Source of the DNA: Promethearchaeota archaeon | GTDB lineage: Archaea; Asgardarchaeota; Heimdallarchaeia; Hodarchaeales; Hodarchaeaceae | DNA: 64,000 bases | Assembly (NCBI GenBank): GCA_048938105.1 | Contig: JBHLMN010000014.1 | Coordinates: forward strand, 1 to 64,000 | Reading direction: 5' to 3' | In this document: positions 48,545 through 59,439 of the stretch, one piece after another | Position numbering within the stretch: position 1 is the first letter of the stretch | How the letters are laid out: each line of letters starts with the position of its first letter | Made by a program: the position numbers and the translations under genes | Notes under the pieces: model-generated | Databases searched by the model: none | What the model saw: the letters and a program-made list of their open reading frames with translations, nothing else | What the model was told of the DNA's origin: nothing

Positions 48545-50578
48545 TTAAAATTTAATCTCACCCATCATTTTCCGTCTTGCAATGAGCTCTTCAACGACTT
48601 CTGGATTGGATAACGTCATCACATTACCAATATCTTTGTTTTCTGCAACAGCCTTAAGAATTCGTCTCATTATTTTCCCTGATCGGGTTTTTGGTACGGC
48701 ATCTGCAAACATGATAACCTCAGGATAAACTGCAGGACCAGCTACCGATCGAACGTGAGCTTGAATATTTTTCTTCAATTCTTCAGTCTGTTCCACATCG
48801 CTCATGAGCGTAATGTAAGCAAAAATAGTCGAGCCTTTGATAGGATGGGGGTAGGGAATAACTGCGCTTTCAGCAACCCTGGGGTGGGAGTTAATGGCAG
48901 CTTCAACTTCAGCTGACCCAAGTCGGTGACCTGAGACTTTAATCACGTCATCAGATCGGCCAAGGATGAAATAATAACCTTCCTCGTCAATCATTGCATA
49001 GTCACCTGTGAAATAGTGTTTTGGGAATTGAGTTAGATAAGTATTAACAAAGCGCTCATGATCGCCCCAAACAGTCCTCATGAGGCCTGGCCACGGTTTA
49101 TCGTATGCAAAATAAGCTTGTGTATTAGCAGCAGTGATTCTTTCACCAGAATCGTCTAATAAGACGGGATTGACTCCGTAGAATGGAAAGGTGCATGAAC
49201 CAGCTTTCATTGGAGTAATAGCACCAAAATTAACCATCATGTAAGAACCTGTTTCTGTTTGCCAGTAGCTGTCCACAATGGGCCGACCTTTTGGTTTATC
49301 CCCACTAGAACCCTGTCCAACGACATCCCAGTACCATTTCCATTCTGGCCAATTACAAACTTCTCCTACTGTTCCCAACATTTTAAGTTTGCTAAGATTC
49401 CATTTAGTGACATGTTCGTCACCAAATTTCATTAATGCACGAATGGCAGTTGGTGCGGTGTAAAAATGAGTCACTCCAAATTTTTCACAAATTTCCCAGA
49501 ATCTACCCCGATGTGGATATGTGGGTACACCTTCATACATAATAGAAATTGCCCCAAGAGTTAAGGGGGCATAAATGATTTGTGTATGTCCTGTAATCCA
49601 TCCGATATCTGCGGTACAATACCATACATCTCGTGCTGCTGGTGGGGCACCTTTTAAATCAAGTAAGCAGGAATAATCCCATACATAGAAGTTAGTGGAA
49701 ACACCATAAATCAAATAACCAGCTGTAGTATGCACAACACCTTTCGGTTTTCCAGTAGTACCACTTGTATATAGAATGAACAGGGGATCTTCAGCATCCA
49801 TCACTTCGCTCTCGCATTCTGTTGATTGTTTCCGCATTAAAGCTAAGAAATCGACATCTTTCTGGTATTCATAGACATCTCCACCAGTAAGTTTGATGAC
49901 CGCAACGACTTCAATTGAGGGACAAGTTTCAATAATACCTCGAAGGTTGTTTTTCATTGGTCTATTTTTTCCAGCTCTTCGAACTTCATCCGCAACAATC
50001 AAGACTTTACATTCAGAATCATCAATCCGATCTTTAACTGACTCTGCAGAAAAACCACCAAATACAATCGAATGGATAGCACCAATACGAGCACATGCTA
50101 ACATAACGATAGCGAGGGAATCGATCATGGGTAACCAAATACAGACACGATCGCCTTTCTTAATTCCTAAAGATTTTAAAGCATTAGCAGCTTGATTAAC
50201 TTCGTCCATCAGTGATTTGTAGCTATATTTTTTGACACTGTCGTCTTCTCCCATCCAGATTAATGCAGTTTCATCGCCATATCCTTTCTCTACCCAACGA
50301 TCAAGACAATTGTATGTAACATTAAGCTTACCTCCCACAAACCATTTTCCAACGAATTCATCTTTATTTCCTGTTGGGGGAACCCAAACTTTCTCGTATG
50401 GAGAAAACCAATCGATTTTTTTCGCTTCCTCTGCCCAAAATTCCTCGATATTTTCGACGGAATACTTCCATTTTTTGAAATACTCCACCATATTTGGAGT
50501 TCTAGCATTCTTAGCCAGTTCAGGCTGAGGATAATACTTTTTCGCTTTTTCTTTCTCTGTTTCTGTTAGCTCTGACAT
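48545..50578 (-). CDS. acs: Acetyl-CoA synthetase (AMP-forming)
   Basis: YTSGTTGKPKG, ADIGWITGH, YWQTETG, GRSDDVIKVSGHRLG and PKTRSGKIMRR. Confidence 0.96.
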   Translation of the reverse strand: MSELTETEKEKAKKYYPQPELAKNARTPNMVEYFKKWKYSVENIEEFWAEEAKKIDWFSPYEKVWVPPTGNKDEFVGKWFVGGKLNVTYNCLDRWVEKGYGDETALIWMGEDDSVKKYSYKSLMDEVNQAANALKSLGIKKGDRVCIWLPMIDSLAIVMLACARIGAIHSIVFGGFSAESVKDRIDDSECKVLIVADEVRRAGKNRPMKNNLRGIIETCPSIEVVAVIKLTGGDVYEYQKDVDFLALMRKQSTECESEVMDAEDPLFILYTSGTTGKPKGVVHTTAGYLIYGVSTNFYVWDYSCLLDLKGAPPAARDVWYCTADIGWITGHTQIIYAPLTLGAISIMYEGVPTYPHRGRFWEICEKFGVTHFYTAPTAIRALMKFGDEHVTKWNLSKLKMLGTVGEVCNWPEWKWYWDVVGQGSSGDKPKGRPIVDSYWQTETGSYMMVNFGAITPMKAGSCTFPFYGVNPVLLDDSGERITAANTQAYFAYDKPWPGLMRTVWGDHERFVNTYLTQFPKHYFTGDYAMIDEEGYYFILGRSDDVIKVSGHRLGSAEVEAAINSHPRVAESAVIPYPHPIKGSTIFAYITLMSDVEQTEELKKNIQAHVRSVAGPAVYPEVIMFADAVPKTRSGKIMRRILKAVAENKDIGNVMTLSNPEVVEELIARRKMMGEIKF

Positions 50579-50843
50579 AATATCGCCTAAATAATTATTC
50601 GTTTCACTATAGTGTGAAATTAGGTAACATTAAAGAGGAAAATGAGCCTCGATAATCTGATTCTGAGCGACTCAAGAACTTTTTAAGAAGTTTCTTTCAT
50701 CTAAAAATAACTAATTTATAATCTATTAGCGAGATTTTTTCTTTTATGCAAAAAAAATGCGATAAGAACAATTACACAGATGTCTGGTAATTTTCAAAAA
50801 TAAAAAGATGTAAAGCGTCTTTTTTAATGACGCTTATATATTT

Positions 50844-52118
50844 TTAAGCCATCTTGTGACGTGCTAACAATTCAGTTACTATTGCTAGTCCTAGAGCTAG
50901 AAAAGCAAGTAAACCAAGAAGTGGGAATGCATCTTTATAATCAAGTATTCCAGCTATGAAGGGACCCAGAGCTCCTGCAACACCATACGCAGTAAAGACT
51001 AAACCATAATTTCTTCCAAGATTTTTTGTTCCAAAATAGTCGTCTGTCGCGGAAGGAAATAGAGCAAAATTCCCACCAAAACAAAAACCAATGACACAGG
51101 CTCCAATGATTAAAAATAAAAATTCCGTCTGGATTCCAAAGAAAAACATTGCTATTCCCAATGTACCAAACATTACAATCATTGTAATGATTCTTCCAAG
51201 TTTATCAGAAATTGCACCCCAAACAATCCTTCCTGCTGAATTGAATACAGACAAGAAAGATCCTGTTGTTACTGCTAATATACTAGCTTCTTCTGCTGTA
51301 ATTCCTCCTGATATAAGCTGGGCTTCTGTGAATGTTGTTACATTTCCAATGGTCATCAATCCAGCAGCAGCAGCTAAAATAAACATCCCCCAAAGAAGCC
51401 AGAACTGGGGAGTCTGAACCATTTCATTTGGCTCAAAATCTTTTTTATCTTCTATTGTTTTGATTTGACTTGGTCGTGGGGTATATCCTGATGGTACCCA
51501 ACCGTTAGGAGGATTCTGAAGCATTTGAGCTGAGCCTACCACTAGAACAAGGAAAAGTATTCCAAGAAACCAGAAAGCTAAACCAATTTTACCAGCTCCT
51601 ATGTCCTTAATCAACAATTCCTCAATATACAAAAGGAAAAAAGCTCCAAGACCGAACCCTGCAACTGCAATCCCAGTGATAAGTCCTTTAAGGTCAGGGA
51701 ACCATTTAACTAATGCAGCTATCGGGCAGACATATGCAAACCCTATACCAGCGCCACCTACTAATCCATAAGTTAGTACAATCCAAACGAATCCTAATAA
51801 TTCATTTCCATTAGCAATGACATCAACGAATCCTGCTAGGATCCAACCAACACCCAAAAGTAACCCCCCAATCGTAGCTACTTTTTTGGGGCCCACCTGA
51901 TCTTGCCATCTACCTGCAAAGATCATAAAACCTGCAAATGAAGCCAAGCCAACAGTAAATGGTAGTTGAGTTAATAGCTTGTTCCAGACATAAGCTCCAG
52001 TATCACTAAAAAGAGCTGTTTGGAATTTCGACCATGCATAGATTGAGCCTAAGCAAAGTTGGATTATTATTGCGGGTATTATCAAGATATAGCGATTAAT
52101 CACTTCTTCTTCACTCAA
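50844..52118 (-). CDS. MFS transporter, oxalate/formate antiporter (OFA) family
   Basis: LCLGSIYAWS, KWFPDLKGLITG, NSAGRIVWGAISDKLGR and FGTKNLGRNYG. Confidence 0.93.
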   Translation of the reverse strand: MSEEEVINRYILIIPAIIIQLCLGSIYAWSKFQTALFSDTGAYVWNKLLTQLPFTVGLASFAGFMIFAGRWQDQVGPKKVATIGGLLLGVGWILAGFVDVIANGNELLGFVWIVLTYGLVGGAGIGFAYVCPIAALVKWFPDLKGLITGIAVAGFGLGAFFLLYIEELLIKDIGAGKIGLAFWFLGILFLVLVVGSAQMLQNPPNGWVPSGYTPRPSQIKTIEDKKDFEPNEMVQTPQFWLLWGMFILAAAAGLMTIGNVTTFTEAQLISGGITAEEASILAVTTGSFLSVFNSAGRIVWGAISDKLGRIITMIVMFGTLGIAMFFFGIQTEFLFLIIGACVIGFCFGGNFALFPSATDDYFGTKNLGRNYGLVFTAYGVAGALGPFIAGILDYKDAFPLLGLLAFLALGLAIVTELLARHKMA

Positions 52119-52358
52119 ACTGAAGTCTCCTATATTTTCTGAATCTGGTTTGTAAAAATACGAATGCTTATTATTTCAAAGGCTTGATAGAAGGAAAAAA
52201 TATGAGCTATAAATATTTAAAGATAGTTTTTCTCATAATGTGGCTACAAGATGGTGTTTTGGAGTTTTAGTTGTAGAAACAAGGTTTATCATATCAAGCT
52301 TTTTTGTAAATACTACTCTTTAAATGCTAAATCTTTTCTAGGGTCTATTCGTTGAAAT

Positions 52359-52892
52359 TCATACTAGTCCCAGTTTCTGAAAGTCAGATATTAATTTCCT
52401 TCGTTCTTCCCACGCGTCTCTAATAGCTGATAAATCATCCAAAATTTCATTTGTTAAACGGCTACTATCTGACAGCATACCACTTTCAATAGCGTCATCA
52501 AAACGAGAAATTTTATCATCCAAGCGGCCAATAATATCGAGAATTGTTTTTTCTAATGTATAAAGATAGCTCAAATCGAATTCCTTGATCACTTCGGAGT
52601 CAAAAAAAGTACTAATACCATATTCTGTCATTCGAATTAAATATCTAAGGTCTGAAAAGCTAGAGATTAATCTGTCAAGATCAGACCATGTCGTAATCAT
52701 CTGACTCATTAAAGCTGCTTCTTGAATCTTTTTGATGTCATCGGAGCATGTTGAGAGGCGTGATTCCAGATATTGTCGTACAGCTTCCTCGGTTGATTTT
52801 CGATCTGTCAGTTTTTCATATTTACCATAATCAGGAATCTCTTTAGCTATTGATTTACGTGCTTCGCTGCTTTCAGGATCCAATTTAGGCAT
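52359..52892 (-). CDS. Conserved helical hypothetical protein
   Basis: IPDYGKY...R....AVR.YL pattern; last gene of the MoxR cluster. Confidence 0.75.
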   Translation of the reverse strand: MPKLDPESSEARKSIAKEIPDYGKYEKLTDRKSTEEAVRQYLESRLSTCSDDIKKIQEAALMSQMITTWSDLDRLISSFSDLRYLIRMTEYGISTFFDSEVIKEFDLSYLYTLEKTILDIIGRLDDKISRFDDAIESGMLSDSSRLTNEILDDLSAIRDAWEERRKLISDFQKLGLV

Positions 52893-52915
52893 TAAAAATT
52901 CCTCGAGTAATAAGA

Positions 52916-54268
52916 TTAGGAAATCTCTTCCTCTTCATCTGAAGGTTGTTCTTCTTCTTCTTCTTCTTCTTCAGCTGCTTCAGTAGTGGTTATAGTAGGT
53001 TGAGAGCTCCTATCGAAATCCACTAATGTATCAATTTGTTGAACAACTCTTTCAAAGATCTTACCTGTTCTTCCACTGGTTAAATAGTGTAAAATTACGC
53101 CAAGTAAAATGAAAAGCAGGACAACATTAAGAATGGCAATTGTCTGAAATTCTGGTTGAGTTAATTCAAGACTCTGAAGAAGAGCTGGAAAAGAACTTCC
53201 CATTAAAGGAGTAAGGATAGTTTGTGGTGCTAAGATAATATAGGTAAGAATTGTGACAGCAAAGATCCGAAAAATCATCGCTGGGATGAAATGTTTGAGT
53301 AATGCGGAAACATCAGGTTGTGCAGTTTTTGCAGCTAATTTTAAATCGGTTTCAGGATCACTCTGGTTTAAACTTGCGAGATATGATTGCAACCGCATCA
53401 TTGATTTAGCATCACGCATAACTTCTCCTTTTTTAAAGACTCGTCTTTCAACCATTTCCCTTAAATAGCTAGCTGCAAGTAGTCCAAACTTTTTTGATTG
53501 TACACTTTGGATAGACTGTTCTTTTCCTTTTTCTTCTTCAGAAATGGGTACAAATGTTCGGATTCTCTTTAGATGCCCTTGAATCCGTTTTTCTCGTTCA
53601 GTCATTGGTTCAATTATGTTTAGAGTATACGAGGTTTGGAATGCAATCTCTAGTAGAAGATATAGTAGGAATCCAAGTGTGAAAATAGGACTTAAAATCA
53701 TCGCTAATAAGTGTGAAGAATCGATTGTTAATGGGATTGTGATTTTTTGAGTAAAAATTGCTATTATTAATATGAGTTGAAATCCTAGAAACGAATAGAT
53801 AGCTAGTTTAGTATCCCCTTCTCGGAGGAAACCAAGTCCTGAGAGAAAAGCTATGGGAAGAAGAATTAAAATTGTTGTAGCTCCAAAGAAATTTCCAAAA
53901 TCCTCTATAAAAGATTCCAATGTTGTAGTTGTACTAGCATGAGGGAAAAAGCCATTTTCAGGATTAGTTATAGCTTCAATTACAGATACCATTCCTGAAG
54001 TATTGGCACCAGTACTCCCAATTATAGGCCCTATTATGGGAATATTCCATTTTAATGAAGCTATTACAGAAACTATGCTGAGAGCTACAGTTGCTAAGCC
54101 TGGAATCAATTCTTGTACAAATAACATTATGTACTCTAAAATATTAAAGATTTGTGTGAAATCAAACATAGAAGGATCAATACTTGCGAGAACTAAAAGG
54201 CTCGAAAACACAAATAAGATAATATATAGGATACGAAAGAAATGAGCTGTAGCTTGTCCTGCTGGCAT
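52916..54268 (-). CDS. Polytopic membrane protein in the MoxR cluster
   Basis: About 7 TM helices, a basic soluble loop and an acidic tail. Confidence 0.8.
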   Translation of the reverse strand: MPAGQATAHFFRILYIILFVFSSLLVLASIDPSMFDFTQIFNILEYIMLFVQELIPGLATVALSIVSVIASLKWNIPIIGPIIGSTGANTSGMVSVIEAITNPENGFFPHASTTTTLESFIEDFGNFFGATTILILLPIAFLSGLGFLREGDTKLAIYSFLGFQLILIIAIFTQKITIPLTIDSSHLLAMILSPIFTLGFLLYLLLEIAFQTSYTLNIIEPMTEREKRIQGHLKRIRTFVPISEEEKGKEQSIQSVQSKKFGLLAASYLREMVERRVFKKGEVMRDAKSMMRLQSYLASLNQSDPETDLKLAAKTAQPDVSALLKHFIPAMIFRIFAVTILTYIILAPQTILTPLMGSSFPALLQSLELTQPEFQTIAILNVVLLFILLGVILHYLTSGRTGKIFERVVQQIDTLVDFDRSSQPTITTTEAAEEEEEEEEQPSDEEEEIS

Positions 54269-54271
54269 TTT

Positions 54272-55771
54272 TTACACCGATCCTTTTCCTGCTTGTTTGC
54301 CTTCCATATAAGTCTTGATAACATTGGGAAGCATGTCATCAGGCCCGACATTAATAATTTCAACACCTAATCCCCTTAATCTATCCTCTACTTGCTTCCT
54401 ATAGCCAAGATACTCTTCAAAAATAGCCTCTGCTATAGCTCGTTCTGTTGCTGTCAGATCACCAAGCTTTGTTTCAAATAGTGGACCAAAAGGAGAAATT
54501 ACAGTGATATTATTTTTTGTAGCTCTTGCCCGTTTCGCAGCTTCGGTGAAAATTTCTGAATCAGAGGATTCAAGATCTGTTAGGAAGATATAGAATGAAG
54601 CTCTAGGTACCCTCTGCATCGCGAAGTCTACAGCAGCTAGGGGATCAGATCGGCCTTGTGGTTCGACTAACGCTAATATCTCTAATAATTGGAAAAACAT
54701 TGCTCTTCCTCCCCCTGGAGGCAGAAAAGAGGTCGGTCGATCAGCAAATGTTACCAATCCGAATAGATCTTGACGTTCTTCAGCCATCTTCATGACAAGC
54801 ATTACAGAGCGAATGGCAAAGTCAAGCTTGGTGTTGAAAGGAATACCAGCCCCCATACTGCCACTATGGTCAAGAAATACAATCATTCGAATATTTTTCT
54901 CTGATTCAAATTCTCTAACCATAAGTTCTCCCGTACGGCTGAATGCTTTCCAATCTAAGGATTTAAAGGGAGCTCCTGGATAATATTTAGCTAACGCATG
55001 AAAATCATCTCCCATACCTTTTTGTTTAGTTTTATGAGCTCCAAACATCTTTCCTTGTTGGCGGCGTTTACTTAAAGCTTCCATTCTACGAATATCTTCA
55101 TATGAGGGGTAACAGAGAATTTCAGTATAAAAGTGCCTCACATCTTCTTCAAAGTAAAATCCTAATCTATCGTGAATAATGACTTTGACAGGACCAAGGC
55201 GATATACTCCACGAGTACTCACTTGAACTATATAAGAAAATTCTTTCGTTTCTCTCCCCGCTAGTTGGGTAATAATAAAATTCTCCCCTAATGCTATTTC
55301 AAACATATCAGGGATGGCATCATAGACCTCAAGGAAATCCATTCGCCTTCGTCCAGTGTTTTCAACCTTGACTGTGACATGGACATATTCTCCTGCGAAA
55401 GCTTTTTCTCGATCAACAGAACGTGTGACTCGTATGAGAGAAGCGTTGGCTGACACACGGAAAAATGGGAGACCAATGACACTAGCCAGAAGTAATAATG
55501 TGCCTAAAAACATCGCATAGTCAACAATTGGAGAACTATTCAAGATATTAAACGGTTCAAGAATCTCCATTCCTGTTGGAATACCTAAAGATTGGTTTCC
55601 ATTTGTTTGAGATCCATTAGTCTGATTTTCACCCGAAACTTGAGTTAAACCTTCTCCCTCGAACAGAATAGGAATCATTGTAGTAACGGTACCTATTCCC
55701 TTAGCACTTAGTCCTACTGATATTAATAATATGCCTCCAATTGCAATGAAGGCTCCACGAGATGAAAGCAT
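54272..55771 (-). CDS. DUF58 family protein (TM, Ig-like and vWA domains)
   Basis: GDDFHALAKY.PG...LDWKAFSR..ELMVREFESE and MIDAS DHSGS. Confidence 0.92.
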   Translation of the reverse strand: MLSSRGAFIAIGGILLISVGLSAKGIGTVTTMIPILFEGEGLTQVSGENQTNGSQTNGNQSLGIPTGMEILEPFNILNSSPIVDYAMFLGTLLLLASVIGLPFFRVSANASLIRVTRSVDREKAFAGEYVHVTVKVENTGRRRMDFLEVYDAIPDMFEIALGENFIITQLAGRETKEFSYIVQVSTRGVYRLGPVKVIIHDRLGFYFEEDVRHFYTEILCYPSYEDIRRMEALSKRRQQGKMFGAHKTKQKGMGDDFHALAKYYPGAPFKSLDWKAFSRTGELMVREFESEKNIRMIVFLDHSGSMGAGIPFNTKLDFAIRSVMLVMKMAEERQDLFGLVTFADRPTSFLPPGGGRAMFFQLLEILALVEPQGRSDPLAAVDFAMQRVPRASFYIFLTDLESSDSEIFTEAAKRARATKNNITVISPFGPLFETKLGDLTATERAIAEAIFEEYLGYRKQVEDRLRGLGVEIINVGPDDMLPNVIKTYMEGKQAGKGSV

Positions 55772-55835
55772 TCAAATATACACCTATGTGATTCTCAATT
55801 CTTAAAGAGATGAGTTGAATGGGATTGATCCTTAC

Positions 55836-56936
55836 TTATTCTTCATATTCTTCTTCATAGTACTCTTCGTAAACAGCTTCTTCTTCTAGTGGGTCCACTG
55901 GTATGGTTAATCCATCTCGAATATCCTCTGCGATTCGTATTTGGGTAATCCCCTCTAATTCGGCTTCAGGTTTTAGAATAAGACGATGGTGGACAATGTG
56001 GGGAATCATCAGAAGGATATCATCTGGAATGACGAATTCACGACCATGTATGGCAGCACGTGCTTTTCCTGCTAATAATAGGCTTTCACTTCCACGAGGA
56101 GAACATCCCAAAACTAATCGGGGGTCAGTTCGTGTTGACACAGTAATATCACGGATCATTTCCAGAAGTTCAGGACAAACAAATACTCTCTTGACCACAT
56201 CCATCATAGCAATAATAGTTTGAGGAGAAACAACCTGTGTAACTGTAGCTGGAATTGGTTCGTGTTTTAACTTTATAATACGAAGTTCATCGTCGGGAGA
56301 AGAATGATGGACAATAACCTTAAGCATAAAACGGTCTAATTGAGCCTCAGGCAATGGATATGTTCCTTCTTGCTCAACAGGATTTGCTGTTGCCATAACA
56401 ACAAAAGGTTTTTCGAGTTTGTGAGTCTCTCCCTCAATTGATACCTGACGTTCCGCCATAGCTTCAAGCATAGCAGATTGAGTTTTAGGAGGAGCTCGAT
56501 TAACTTCATCTGCAAGGATCACATTACCAAAAATTGGCCCTTTCTTGAGACGGAAGGTACCTGTTTTAGGATTAAAGATATTAGTTCCTACAATATCAGC
56601 GGGAAGCATGTCAGGAGTGAATTGGATGCGTTTATACACTGTCCCAAGAACTTTAGAGAATGTTTCTGCCATATAAGTTTTTCCGATACCAGGAACCCCC
56701 TCAAGATAGACGTGTTTGCCAGTTAACATAGCAATCCAAAGCATTTCAAAGATTTCAGTCCTTCCAATGTAAACTTTGCGAACTTGCGCCATAATTTGTT
56801 GATAGGCACGAGCAACATCGGCAACATCAAGCATTTCATAAGTTATTTCATCACTAGTGAAATCTTTACCTTTCAAATCAGTTTTGCTCATTTCTTTCAC
56901 TTCTAATCTGGTTTTTTGGTTCTTTTTTTTGATCAT
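55836..56936 (-). CDS. moxR: MoxR family AAA+ ATPase
   Basis: GVPGIGKT, RIQFTPDMLPADIVG, LADEVNRAPPKTQSAMLEAM and EGTYPLPEAQLDRF. Confidence 0.97.
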   Translation of the reverse strand: MIKKKNQKTRLEVKEMSKTDLKGKDFTSDEITYEMLDVADVARAYQQIMAQVRKVYIGRTEIFEMLWIAMLTGKHVYLEGVPGIGKTYMAETFSKVLGTVYKRIQFTPDMLPADIVGTNIFNPKTGTFRLKKGPIFGNVILADEVNRAPPKTQSAMLEAMAERQVSIEGETHKLEKPFVVMATANPVEQEGTYPLPEAQLDRFMLKVIVHHSSPDDELRIIKLKHEPIPATVTQVVSPQTIIAMMDVVKRVFVCPELLEMIRDITVSTRTDPRLVLGCSPRGSESLLLAGKARAAIHGREFVIPDDILLMIPHIVHHRLILKPEAELEGITQIRIAEDIRDGLTIPVDPLEEEAVYEEYYEEEYEE

Positions 56937-56943
56937 GACGAGG

Positions 56944-58704
56944 TTATGTTATCTCCATCCCAATATTTTTCAGAAAGAGATAATGATCTAAGAATTCTTG
57001 TTCTGAAATCACAGCTCGAGTTTCTATAATTCTTTCAATTATACTCAAACCTTCAGTAATAGTTCTGTGAGTGAATCGATCAGGAAATTCATTTACCAAG
57101 TAAGTGGCGGCGATTTCAGGTGTGAGTTCTACATCTGGATTATATCGCCTATTTAAATTACGTTTAAGTCGTCTATAAATAAGTTCTAGTCCACGAGAAT
57201 ATTGTTGATATTCAAGAAACCATCGCATTTTTACCGCAAAGAAGCTCCGCCCATAGTATCGTTCAACACGGGTTAATAAAAGAGGTTTAGCTTGTGTTCT
57301 CTTAGGCATAAAACGTCGTGATAGAATGATTGCAGCGATTGGCAAAACCCACGCAAATAGTGGAAACATAGTTATCATGTCAAGAAATTTCAGATAGAGA
57401 CTTAATGGAAGAGTAGGGGATAGAGGATGATTTGCAAGATGGCCTTCGTCAAATATAACAGTCTGGCCCGTACGATTTCTCATAATTTTGTCTACTACAT
57501 TCAAAGCAAATCGGTAATTATCATATCTATCATCATAGTCGGTTCTTGAAGTGTCAATATACTTATTTATGAAAATAGATGGATCAGAACAAATAATTAT
57601 ATCACCTCCCAGAGGAAACGGAAAATATACAAAAACTGGGAATCCAACGTTTGGATGAGCCCATTCATAAGGATCAGAACTATTGGGCCCAATTGCGTTT
57701 ACATCTCTTTTGGCTAGTTCAATATCTGACTCTAACCACGCCTGAGAACTACTGTATAATACTGCTATCTGCAGGCTGAATGAAAGATCAGGTATTTCAA
57801 ATCCAGCGGTTTCTAATTCTGAAAAAGCACTCGCTGCAGAAGCTGGAAACTCTCCCATAGGTACCCACTTAGTTACAAAAGTTACTTCACATGTCTTATT
57901 TCCCCCTCCCACGTCGACCTCAGTGACATTAACAGGGTAACGAACCTTCATGCTTATTATTGAAGCAAAGTTCCCAATAACTCCATCACCAGATAAACCA
58001 GTGGTGAAATCGGTGACCCAGGGTGCTGGCATTCGATAACTCCCAGTTTGGTTCCTTGATACAGGAGAATGGAATATAGGGGTAAGGGGAGTATCATTGT
58101 AGCTGCCTTGATCTGCAAGAAGGCTACCATTAATAGCAATTCCAGCAATTGGGAAATTAGCTCCTAGATTACATTCATCGTCACCGTTAGAAGTAGCGTT
58201 ATCAGCAGTCGTAGTATCCAAGCCAAAGACATTTGTTCCACCAAGCTGTTCTTCCATACCAAGATCACCTAGATCCACCTGTGACATGAACCCTAGGAAG
58301 ATAGAAAGAACACCAAGAATATCATTAGCCGTTCCGAAGTCATCTGCAATCAGAACTCTTCCTCCGTTGATTGCGTACATGAGAATAGCTAAAGCTTCTG
58401 TGAAATCATAATGAACTGCTGGCCCGAGAATTATGAGCGCACCTTGGCTATTATTCATCTCAGATTTATTCAAGCGGTTAAGAATATTGCTACTACCAAC
58501 AATAGTAGAGATTTGTCCTTTTTTTGCATGATTCTTAAACATATCTTTGAATGCACTAGTTCCATTCCATCCTGTGTTGTAAATTGAAAAATTTGTGGTG
58601 TTTGTGGTAAATAAAAAGCCCAATAAGGATGCTGATACAAAGGGATAGCTAACGAAGATGGCTAGGATGATCAGTGCAGCAGTTGTACGATTAATCTCTA
58701 CCAT
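56944..58704 (-). CDS. DUF4350-domain membrane-anchored protein
   Basis: FSIYNTGWNGTS, GGRVLIADDFGTAN, SDPSIFIN and VIFDEGH, with N- and C-terminal TM helices. Confidence 0.85.
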   Translation of the reverse strand: MVEINRTTAALIILAIFVSYPFVSASLLGFLFTTNTTNFSIYNTGWNGTSAFKDMFKNHAKKGQISTIVGSSNILNRLNKSEMNNSQGALIILGPAVHYDFTEALAILMYAINGGRVLIADDFGTANDILGVLSIFLGFMSQVDLGDLGMEEQLGGTNVFGLDTTTADNATSNGDDECNLGANFPIAGIAINGSLLADQGSYNDTPLTPIFHSPVSRNQTGSYRMPAPWVTDFTTGLSGDGVIGNFASIISMKVRYPVNVTEVDVGGGNKTCEVTFVTKWVPMGEFPASAASAFSELETAGFEIPDLSFSLQIAVLYSSSQAWLESDIELAKRDVNAIGPNSSDPYEWAHPNVGFPVFVYFPFPLGGDIIICSDPSIFINKYIDTSRTDYDDRYDNYRFALNVVDKIMRNRTGQTVIFDEGHLANHPLSPTLPLSLYLKFLDMITMFPLFAWVLPIAAIILSRRFMPKRTQAKPLLLTRVERYYGRSFFAVKMRWFLEYQQYSRGLELIYRRLKRNLNRRYNPDVELTPEIAATYLVNEFPDRFTHRTITEGLSIIERIIETRAVISEQEFLDHYLFLKNIGMEIT

Positions 58705-58753
58705 GAGATCTCACTTAATTCTTGTCATGAAATGACGATTTCTTCAATAGTAA

Positions 58754-59278
58754 TCAATATTCCTCGGTGGCTTCAGGAATCCCACCAGCCGATGTCGCAG
58801 TTTGGAGGAATTGGTGAAGTCCCGATAAACCATCTTTAAATTCCTGAGTTGTGAGAGGAGTTTGACCATATCGAGCTTTCTCAAATGCCATTACAATAGC
58901 ATTGATAGCGCTGGGATCTAAGTCCCCACGATTCATAAGTTTCACACCTAATTGTCGTGCTGACTCGTTAGGTGCACGGCCAACACCAAGAAACCCCTCA
59001 GAGGCAAGTGTCATAGTTTGCCACATAAGGATAGATGCTTCCCGAAACATCTGTTGACGGGCTAATTGCCGAATTTGAACTAAACGTTGCTCTATCTCTT
59101 GTTCGAGAATTGTCTTTTTTACTCCTCCTACTCCAATGGCTTCAATGATTTGTTGCCGAAAATAAAACAGTAAGAATCCAGCAACAATTAAAGCGCCTAA
59201 AATTAAAATAGGGAAGAGTATTTCGAATATAGTTTGGGCAAAGAAACTGATTCCATTCATTCTCATCACAATTTTCAT
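58754..59278 (-). CDS. DUF4129-domain protein
   Basis: N-terminal TM helix, then PNESARQ and FEKARYG. Confidence 0.85.
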   Translation of the reverse strand: MKIVMRMNGISFFAQTIFEILFPILILGALIVAGFLLFYFRQQIIEAIGVGGVKKTILEQEIEQRLVQIRQLARQQMFREASILMWQTMTLASEGFLGVGRAPNESARQLGVKLMNRGDLDPSAINAIVMAFEKARYGQTPLTTQEFKDGLSGLHQFLQTATSAGGIPEATEEY

Positions 59279-59439
59279 AATGGTTAATTATTTAATTTAT
59301 CCTGATCTAATCCAACCTAGATTATTAGAGATTTCATCTATTTTTTAATCTTTATTTCATTTCATATTTATATTATTTCTTTAAAGACAATGATCCTAAT
59401 CATATAATGTCGTATTTTTTTGTGTTTTTGGTAAAAGTT